Positions 7,201 through 13,882 of a stretch of DNA of 20,000 bases are shown here, piece after piece. Source of the DNA: an uncultured virus (IMG/VR IMGVR_UViG_3300042540_001200) (Duplodnaviria; Heunggongvirae; Uroviricota; Caudoviricetes); IMG/VR virus record IMGVR_UViG_3300042540_001200, positions 53,681-73,680 of that record; one strand, written 5' to 3'. Each line of letters starts with the position of its first letter. Position 1 is the stretch's first letter. Under the pieces are notes generated by a model that was given only the letters and a program-made list of their open reading frames with translations, was not told the origin of the DNA and did no database searches. Made by a program: the position numbers and the translations under genes.

Positions 7201-8552
7201 AATCCATTATACATATAACCTAAATTAGATGGCGTAACCCAAGTAAAGTCATTATCTAAGTTACCAACTAACGTCAATGTAAAACGATATATTTGACTTG
7301 TTTTTTCAAATTGATTTGACCATACTACCCCTAATGTAGTTACTGTGGTTGGTGGGAAAGGCCATGGTGCAGTTAATGATGGATTTTGATAGATAATAAA
7401 AGTTTGTGCGCCTGTAACTTGTACATACAATGTTGTACTGTTTACAGCAGTAGGAATACATCCCGCTAAAGTAATTTGTTGTCCATCAAAAAACCCATGT
7501 GGTGACACGGTAGTAATTGTTGTAAGCGTTCCATCATCTGTAATACTAGATATACCTAATATATTCCCTGTATCAAATCCTGAGGGCACCGTTTTTACAA
7601 CGGTTGCACTAAGGAAAAATTCTAATACTCTATTACCAATATTAGGAAATCGCCCTGTAATCCATCCTGTGTCATGATCTACCTGTATCGTCCCAGGTGT
7701 CGTTGGATTAGCTTGATTGATAGCTGCAAGATTTGTTATATCATAAGATAATACACCTGAGTTTTCAAAATCATACCCTGCTAGTTTAAACACCCATTCG
7801 TTATCATGACGTACTCTACCAATATCACCATTGAAAGGAGTATAATATCCATAATATGGATTTGTGGGTGGTATGGTTGTACTAAGTGGTTGACTGTTTA
7901 GTAATACAGGTGGTCTAGCATTTGCTGCAGGTTTTGGGGCTAGAACATAGTAATTAATAATGGTAATACTATAGTTCATTGTAGCTATACCACTAGGTGA
8001 GGTTAATTGGAGCGTAAATGGATATGCTATAGATGTTGGTTGATTATAGATATTAAGTGGTGGTGATGGATATCCCGTAATTAAACCTGTAGGGGACATT
8101 TCAAGACCAGGAGGCAGAACGCCCGAAATTATTTGTATAAGTGCTACACTATCAGGATCAGTATTTTCATATTGTACTTGAAAATGTATGTATGTGCTAT
8201 CGACGCTTGTGAGGATGTTGCCTGGGTAGGTTAAAAAACGTGGAGGACTTGCTCCTGTTACTGTTAAGGTAAATGCTCTATCACGAATATTACCAAATGA
8301 ATCTGTTGCACGTACGGTAAATCCATAGGTAGTATCTGTTGCAACTTCAGTAGGAATACCATATAATAAACCATCACCACGTAATGTTAATGGTGCTTCA
8401 GGTAAACCATTAGGCAATCTACCACTTTGTAGATTATAAGTAACATTACTTAAACCATCTGCGCTAATTGCGTTAAATTGAAAAGCAACGGGTCTAAGTT
8501 CTTGAAATTGCCCAATACTTCCCGCAGGAGTATTCCATATTGGTTGTGCCAT
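4236..8552 (-). CDS. Large baseplate-wedge-type structural protein with Ig-like (He_PIG-type) repeats, FCCH-like beta domains and BNR/Ycf48-like propeller repeats, 1438 aa
   Basis: Repeats SGRLPNGL..GLLYG, SGVLPPGL..GLITG, GELPPNL..GEISG; three ITNxTQA..H..xDGQxI.I..V.GMT..N...Y-type domains; blades of the form AVGDxGxIxxSxxGxxW; conserved-looking C-terminal YPNSLVNMR, LPLWMTSQQ, FTVDRF. Confidence 0.75.
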   Translation of the reverse strand: MAQPIWNTPAGSIGQFQELRPVAFQFNAISADGLSNVTYNLQSGRLPNGLPEAPLTLRGDGLLYGIPTEVATDTTYGFTVRATDSFGNIRDRAFTLTVTGASPPRFLTYPGNILTSVDSTYIHFQVQYENTDPDSVALIQIISGVLPPGLEMSPTGLITGYPSPPLNIYNQPTSIAYPFTLQLTSPSGIATMNYSITIINYYVLAPKPAANARPPVLLNSQPLSTTIPPTNPYYGYYTPFNGDIGRVRHDNEWVFKLAGYDFENSGVLSYDITNLAAINQANPTTPGTIQVDHDTGWITGRFPNIGNRVLEFFLSATVVKTVPSGFDTGNILGISSITDDGTLTTITTVSPHGFFDGQQITLAGCIPTAVNSTTLYVQVTGAQTFIIYQNPSLTAPWPFPPTTVTTLGVVWSNQFEKTSQIYRFTLTLVGNLDNDFTWVTPSNLGYMYNGLICNFNIKANTNLTGETVNYRIVNENRRNLNSITSSVVGAVTTTSVPSYYAVGDLGEIAYSTNYGRTWQYLPQFTFDNLTSIASGYYPTTSTGTLVTVGYTQSLQPTIYGSNNGINWSPASVAGNSSLYSVMFDNRTGGERFIAVGDNATIITGSQSGFVWTLGTITVTGSTSTDVDYVFNKIIRTGTTTPYTYHVVGNKSDSTAAIYYSNAVGFPIGGTWTAATINTISITNVTQAAIAVVTVSGVHNMSDGQRIVITGVGGMTELNGNTYYVKATGYAVNKFALYNTVTLTTATNSTTYTAYTSGGTITPRLGTLKSIATNGTKWIAVGDNGLVLESDNGASWTLQKAFTNERLNDVVYDSGQFFVVGDDGFTAYSENGENNSWSYLSGKTGNNLYSITRGLTRPNVGILITNITQAATALVTTDSAHQYSSGDRICIVDVLGMTAINDQQFYIKVISINTFELYTDSGLTSGFNTSAYSAYISGGSAQRVEYNFVAAGEYGTIIYSRYILIYNPEAITDEYDEFNYDLTYYDQNANFVIEWFSPTLGELPPNLTMLPSGEISGRLAFEATYDQDGVYPNSTRAFYFTVQAYIVGQEEINETKQFYFTAIQEFPEPWETVYMQCYPALSARAKINDLIRNSTPGNPNLIIPDAAVYRLEDPYFGRAKNIIYNHAYGIPASTVQEYINAININHYWRDITLGELKTAVARDNSNNIIYEVVYSEIIDNLINNQGVSIPKEIGWPRRIDLNLGPWYDSSATIQTSYVYSVSPVAVTISSVVNATTYVVNSLTGLSLNMILGNTGAVPYITSITPNTYTITLNQAPSGTYYAGDTLTFYTPTYFTALTPGYAQILYPNSLVNMRQQLEDALGYVNNDSILPLWMTSQQPDGSTLGFTPAWVICYTKPGYSTAIKNNIIAWQNTAEGIKFNAVQFTVDRFEVDKSLTFDWNGTEWVSTLPSGQPAVTNNSKDKYIHFVQRTILPTTLQSG

Positions 8553-8553
8553 A

Positions 8554-9171
8554 TTATTTATTTACTTTACATTTATCACCATGCCATCTGCCATAATTTC
8601 TAAAATCTATAAATTTAAAACAATTTTGACATTCAAGTTTTGGTTTTTTTAAAAACAATGTTTTATTAAGATGCTCTTGTGATTTCTTTCTTCCTTTAAG
8701 TTGTTCACTAATTTTTTGTCTAACTTCAATTCTTTTTGATGGGTTGTTATCTCCGTTCATCCATTGGCGTTGTCCAAGTTTTTTACCTTTATTTGGGGAA
8801 ACTTTACCTTTATTTGGGCTTCCGTTTTTTCTTGTCCAATTATTATCTCCTAGCTGAGTCTCTATAAAAGCATTTTTAGCTAATTCAAAATATCTTGAAT
8901 TTATTATTCTTTTTTGTATTGAATTATTACTTTTTGTCATTTTATGAAAAGCTAAAGCACTTGGCCTATCTCTATAATGTTTCCATAATAAAAAATGTGC
9001 GAGATAATGTTCCCTCGCTGTAAGTAAAACTAAGTTATTTTTACTGTTATCACCACCTAGCCATTTTGGAATAATATGATGACTTTCATAGTAAATTTCG
9101 CTTTTATTTTTTTTCCTTGCTAAAATTTTTCTAGATGCAATTAATAAGTTATAATGATTTAAATAATTCAT
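8554..9171 (-). CDS. Free-standing HNH homing endonuclease with NUMOD3-like DNA-binding repeats
   Basis: YYESHHIIPKWLGGDNSKNNLVLLTAREHYLAHFLL (HNH core); SPNKGK twice; RQKISEQLKGRKKSQEH; C-terminal CxxC...HxxxC. Confidence 0.9.
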   Translation of the reverse strand: MNYLNHYNLLIASRKILARKKNKSEIYYESHHIIPKWLGGDNSKNNLVLLTAREHYLAHFLLWKHYRDRPSALAFHKMTKSNNSIQKRIINSRYFELAKNAFIETQLGDNNWTRKNGSPNKGKVSPNKGKKLGQRQWMNGDNNPSKRIEVRQKISEQLKGRKKSQEHLNKTLFLKKPKLECQNCFKFIDFRNYGRWHGDKCKVNK

Positions 9172-9788
9172 TTATTTTCCAAAAGTTTTAAAGCTTTTTT
9201 ATAATGATCTTGGCGGTCAGATAATCCAATAGTGCCGCCATTAATTCTTTTTGTTAATGTAATAAAATCATCTTTATCACACCATTGATTTAATTTATTA
9301 CAATCCCAAAACCATCCTGCACTAGCAACTGCCCCTGCATGAGTTTCCATATAAGCTACCACTTCATCAACTTCTAAACCAAGTGATTTTGCAAATTTTG
9401 TATAATTTACTTTGCCTGTTAATTGAATCAATCCACGTCCACAAAATTTCCACCCATCACCACTTGCTTCATCACCATTTCCCATACGACTTGCATAAAC
9501 ACGATTGGCAATCTTTTCAGGTTTACGTTCATATTGTTTTGCTAATGATTCATTAGGAAAATATTTTTTAAAAATCTTTACTAAACCTTGTGCGCTATAG
9601 TTTAGGTTTTCTTTTAAAAATTGATAACCACCACTTTCATGACCTGTTTGAGCTAAAAACCCTGCGATACGCTTTGGTGTATTAATTTCATAATGTTCGC
9701 ATGTTTGATTTAATGGATCTAAAAAAGGTTCTAATTTTGCTGCAGGAGTTTTATCACATACTGCACGTAAAATCTCTAATGTTATCAT
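9168..9788 (-). CDS. Glycoside hydrolase family 19 lysozyme/endolysin (COG3179-like)
   Basis: AGFLAQTGHESGG, ENLNYS, YASRMGNG, GRGLIQLTGKVNY, SAGWFW, TKRINGG. Confidence 0.93.
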   Translation of the reverse strand: MITLEILRAVCDKTPAAKLEPFLDPLNQTCEHYEINTPKRIAGFLAQTGHESGGYQFLKENLNYSAQGLVKIFKKYFPNESLAKQYERKPEKIANRVYASRMGNGDEASGDGWKFCGRGLIQLTGKVNYTKFAKSLGLEVDEVVAYMETHAGAVASAGWFWDCNKLNQWCDKDDFITLTKRINGGTIGLSDRQDHYKKALKLLENK

Positions 9789-12700
9789 TATACTTTTCCT
9801 ATAACTATTTCGATGACTCCTTTGTCACCTTTAAAATCTTGTAATGCTTTACCAATAATGGTACCTGCCCTTGCATTATTATTAGCTGCTGCATATCCGT
9901 TTGGTGCGCTTACCATTAAGTCACCTTTTTGAACAGGTCCAATCACTTTAGTTGGTACTCTACCTTGCAGTGCTAACATCACAGTGTGTTCAGCATGTAA
10001 TGTAGTATTCATAACATAAGCAGGATTCGTTGATACAACACCTGCTACTTTGTGTGAATCATATTGATATGATAATGTTACTTCTTTATCGCCATCAAAT
10101 AATAAAACAGTACCACTTGGATAATGATCATCAGCCTCGTAATATTCTGCCAAGTCAGCGTATGTTGCATTTAATCTAGAACCACTTGTCAATGACCAAT
10201 TACCTGTAATTTGACCTACATTACTATTGCTTCCTGTAGTCATTAGGTTCCCTTGCCATGTTGGAGCATATATAGTCGATGTATACATGTTTCCTGCATT
10301 AGCATTAGCAGTAACATTTAAATTACCTACTACATTAGCATTAGCAGAAAATGTTGCAAGTTGTGTAACGGTGAGGTTACCTGGGATTGCAACGTTGGCA
10401 TTTCTAATATTTGCAGTGCCACTAGTATTGCCAATATTTACAGTAGTAGCATCACCCCCTATGTTTAATGTTGTTGCAACTGAATTAAATAGATTTTGTG
10501 TTGGTTGAGTGCCAATAATCGATGGATTTTGTAACGTCATTGTTCCACTTGTTGCACCCATCGAAATTGCGGATGCTGAACGTGCAAAATACATAGTAGT
10601 TGCAACGTTATCATACAATTGTTGTGTAGTATTAGCACCATACACAGCAGGACTTCTAACCAACATCTTAGATCCTGCACTATCTTGACCTACATTAATT
10701 GTGGTCGCTTGTCCACCTAAGTTTAAAACTCCTGCAGTAGAATTTGCTATATTAAATGTGGCAGCAGTTGTTTCAATATTACTAGCTGTAGTATTACCAA
10801 ACAATGAAATTGTTTCTCCACTACCTACCCCACCTGCGTTACCACCTACACCTAAATAATTTCCTCTAATATTAGTTCCAACATTTAGTGCTTTAGCAAC
10901 ACTTACACCACCTGCTGTACTAAGACTTGCTGCTGCATCAGTTGAGTTTGCGGAATCAGCAGTATCATTAATTCTGATAAATGTATTACTTACTGTACCA
11001 TTGCTAGAACTACCAACAAGATATAAATTACCGCCAATAAACACATCTTTAGCAAATCCTGCACCACCTGATACTTGTAGCGCACCACCCATAAAATTAG
11101 CACTGTTTGCGTTTTGTGTTCCTAAAATTCGTACTACACCTGTAGAACCACCATTACCAATTTGAACATTAGTATCGACTGATGTTCCAATATTAACGTT
11201 AGTAGCTGTACCTGCAAAATTCATCGTACTTACTATAGTATTAAACAAATCTTGTGATGTTTGGCTTGCTCCACCAACTATAACATTACTACGTACTGTC
11301 ATTGTGCTATTAGCAGCACCAAATCGAATAGTGTTTGCTTCACCAAATGCATTCACTGAGTTTGCAATAGTATTAAACAAACTTAATTGAGTTTGTCCTG
11401 TATCACCAACGATAGTATTGCTTCTAATACGGAAAGTACCGTTAGCATTACCCATGTTTATCGTACTTGCTGCACCAAAAGCATTTACTGTGGTAGCAAC
11501 TGAATCAAACAAGAATTGTACAATTTGTCCTGAATTACCAACTACATTGCTAGCAGATAAAACTAACGTAGAATTAGCATTACCCATATTAAGAGTAGAT
11601 GCTGCACCAAATGCATTAACCGTAGTCGCTACACTATTAAATACATTTTGAACAACTTGTGTACCAACTACTGTTGGATTTTGTACTGTAAAGGTACCCG
11701 AATTTGCACCAATACGTATGGTTGATGCACTTCCTGCAAAATTCATACCTGTTGTTATACCTGTATCATATAATGATACCGTACCTGCTGCACCTGCAAC
11801 AACATTTGGATTACGTATGGTTAGATTACCTGATGATGCTCCAATTTGTAAGCTTGTTGATTGTCCACCAATTGCTAAAGATGTAGCATTTGAGCCAAAA
11901 AGTGACACTGCGGTGCTTGTTGTTGATATATTGCCATCTGCACCAATTGTCAATATTGCATTAGTGTATCCATTGCCACCTGCGTTATTTCCAATATATA
12001 AACTATTACCTGCAATAAATGAATTTACGTGTAAACCTTGTCCTATACCTACACCGCCACCAACAGTTAATGCACCGTTTGCAGCATTAGCAGTTCCTTG
12101 TGTACTTGCAATTGAAACAGTGTTTGATGATGATGAAAAATTAACATTACCTGCAATATTTAAATCTCCACCAATACCCACACCACCTGATACAATAAGA
12201 GCACCTGTTGTTGTTGATGTACTTACAGTACCACCTGCAATTCTTATATCTCCGTTTGCTAAAATACCACCACTTGTTCTTACACTATAGTTACTATTAG
12301 TAAGATTGCCGCTATCTGCATTAGTTATAGTAATTACACCTGATGATGAAATTGCAACACATGGTGATCCACCATTTGGAGCATTTGTGCCAATATTTAC
12401 TGCAGATACACCTAAGGTATTACCAACATTGAGATTATTTGATATACCAACACCACCTGCAATTCTTGCTGCGCCTGTGTTAATATTTGAACTATTTGTT
12501 GTTGAACCAACATAAAGATTGTTTCCAACACTTGCACCACCTACTGTTCTAAATGATCCTGTAGATGATTCTGCTCCTGTTATAACTGCTGAATTGCTAA
12601 AAATTGCAGTTTCGCCATTGGCAGAAACTCGCATAACACCAAGACCACCATTACCTGCTGAGTTACCTATTGACAGTGTGTTACCTAATATACCACTATT

Positions 12701-13780
12701 GACATTTAATGATCCACCAACACCAACGCCACCTGCTGTTACAATAGCCCCTGTGGTAGAATCAAATGATGAGGTTGAATTGAGTACTTGAAAATTATTA
12801 GATGTGCTTGATAAAATTAGTTGCGATCCATTGGCAATAGTTACTGCACAATTAGTAAAATCTGTTGGTGTGTTAAGTATTGAAAATAAACCATTAGCGT
12901 AATAACTCAAACCACCTATATTAGATGTTGCAGTGGTTGCTCCTGCATTAGATTTAATAACGATACCACGATCAACACCACTTACCGTAACATTTCCTGT
13001 AATGTTTCCAACAAATGTACCACTAATATTTCCATTAGCAGTAATATTATTTGCAACTAAATTACTTGTTATCAAACTAAAATTTGATGCATCATATCTA
13101 AAGAAATCAGGATCACTTGTCAATACTTGTATACCCTGTGATGCTAAAAATGGTACAGGACTCAATGCATTGTAAACTATACCACCTACGTTACTATATG
13201 GTGTGTCACGTAATGATACATTACCAACAATACGTCCTGTAGGAGTTGCTTTAAAATGATCTGCGATAATATTACCTGAAGGAACACCTGTTACGGTATT
13301 TGCGCCAAGCACAACTAATGGTGGGTTAAGATTTGAATATAGTGAACTACTATTACCAATGGTGGCTTTATTACTGACGTTAAGATTTGCAACATTAAAG
13401 TTTGCCAAGAAATTTGGACTAATATCTAAAATAACATCAGGGATGACACCTGGGTTACTCGTTGTAATTGTGGCTGTGGTATTACCATTAAAGGTTAGTA
13501 GCTGTGCACCTAAACTAGCAGGGTTTGATGGATCACCTGCTTGAAAAGTTATTTTATATATATTAGCACTAACGTTAACATTACCTGCTAATGTTGTTTG
13601 GGTAACTCCACTTGGATTGGTAAGTGTAATACCCGCTCCACCAACAAGTTGCGAGACACCTGCTTGTGGTAAGTTAAATAATTCGGTAAAATTTTCTTGT
13701 GTAGAAATGAATGCATCACGAATACTATTCGCATTACCGTCATCAGGATAGGCACCGTAATCTATATTTCTTTGAGCCAT
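9788..13780 (-). CDS. Long tail fibre protein with a C-terminal intramolecular chaperone/autoproteolysis-type (Peptidase G2/IMC-like) domain, 1330 aa
   Basis: N-terminal IDYGAYPDDGNANSIRDAF (gp9/gp10-like attachment motif); two classes of G/N/S/T-rich beta repeats; C-terminal YADLAEYY...VAGVVSTNPAYVMN...ALQGRVPTKV.GPVQKGDLMVS...GTIIGKAL. Confidence 0.82.
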   Translation of the reverse strand: MAQRNIDYGAYPDDGNANSIRDAFISTQENFTELFNLPQAGVSQLVGGAGITLTNPSGVTQTTLAGNVNVSANIYKITFQAGDPSNPASLGAQLLTFNGNTTATITTSNPGVIPDVILDISPNFLANFNVANLNVSNKATIGNSSSLYSNLNPPLVVLGANTVTGVPSGNIIADHFKATPTGRIVGNVSLRDTPYSNVGGIVYNALSPVPFLASQGIQVLTSDPDFFRYDASNFSLITSNLVANNITANGNISGTFVGNITGNVTVSGVDRGIVIKSNAGATTATSNIGGLSYYANGLFSILNTPTDFTNCAVTIANGSQLILSSTSNNFQVLNSTSSFDSTTGAIVTAGGVGVGGSLNVNSGILGNTLSIGNSAGNGGLGVMRVSANGETAIFSNSAVITGAESSTGSFRTVGGASVGNNLYVGSTTNSSNINTGAARIAGGVGISNNLNVGNTLGVSAVNIGTNAPNGGSPCVAISSSGVITITNADSGNLTNSNYSVRTSGGILANGDIRIAGGTVSTSTTTGALIVSGGVGIGGDLNIAGNVNFSSSSNTVSIASTQGTANAANGALTVGGGVGIGQGLHVNSFIAGNSLYIGNNAGGNGYTNAILTIGADGNISTTSTAVSLFGSNATSLAIGGQSTSLQIGASSGNLTIRNPNVVAGAAGTVSLYDTGITTGMNFAGSASTIRIGANSGTFTVQNPTVVGTQVVQNVFNSVATTVNAFGAASTLNMGNANSTLVLSASNVVGNSGQIVQFLFDSVATTVNAFGAASTINMGNANGTFRIRSNTIVGDTGQTQLSLFNTIANSVNAFGEANTIRFGAANSTMTVRSNVIVGGASQTSQDLFNTIVSTMNFAGTATNVNIGTSVDTNVQIGNGGSTGVVRILGTQNANSANFMGGALQVSGGAGFAKDVFIGGNLYLVGSSSNGTVSNTFIRINDTADSANSTDAAASLSTAGGVSVAKALNVGTNIRGNYLGVGGNAGGVGSGETISLFGNTTASNIETTAATFNIANSTAGVLNLGGQATTINVGQDSAGSKMLVRSPAVYGANTTQQLYDNVATTMYFARSASAISMGATSGTMTLQNPSIIGTQPTQNLFNSVATTLNIGGDATTVNIGNTSGTANIRNANVAIPGNLTVTQLATFSANANVVGNLNVTANANAGNMYTSTIYAPTWQGNLMTTGSNSNVGQITGNWSLTSGSRLNATYADLAEYYEADDHYPSGTVLLFDGDKEVTLSYQYDSHKVAGVVSTNPAYVMNTTLHAEHTVMLALQGRVPTKVIGPVQKGDLMVSAPNGYAAANNNARAGTIIGKALQDFKGDKGVIEIVIGKV

Positions 13781-13805
13781 TTGTATAGAATTCCATTAAT
13801 ATTTG

Positions 13806-13813
13806 TATTTATC
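13806..13813 (-). promoter_or_regulatory. Putative late promoter GATAAATA
   Basis: Lies between the terminator and the tail fibre ATG (25 nt upstream of 13780). Confidence 0.55.
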
Positions 13814-13826
13814 TGAATATAAGGAT

Positions 13827-13858
13827 AAAAAAATCCCAACAGGGTTAGTGTTGGGATT
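13827..13858 (-). terminator. Rho-independent terminator
   Basis: Perfect 10-bp stem AATCCCAACA (13832-13841) / TGTTGGGATT (13849-13858) with a 7-nt loop; on the minus strand the stem runs into a T7 tract (13833-13827), about 25 nt after the stop at 13883. Confidence 0.85.
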
Positions 13859-13882
13859 GTGAGAAGCAGTCTTATGAGCTGC

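Noticed and set aside
4236..8552. Eukaryotic ubiquitin-E1 or photosystem II (Ycf48) function
   Set aside because: Only the small beta domains and propeller blades resemble those families. No adenylation domain is present and the context is a phage structural module.
8554..9171. Group I intron carrying the HNH
   Set aside because: Both flanking genes are complete and abut the HNH ORF directly, leaving no room for intron core structure.
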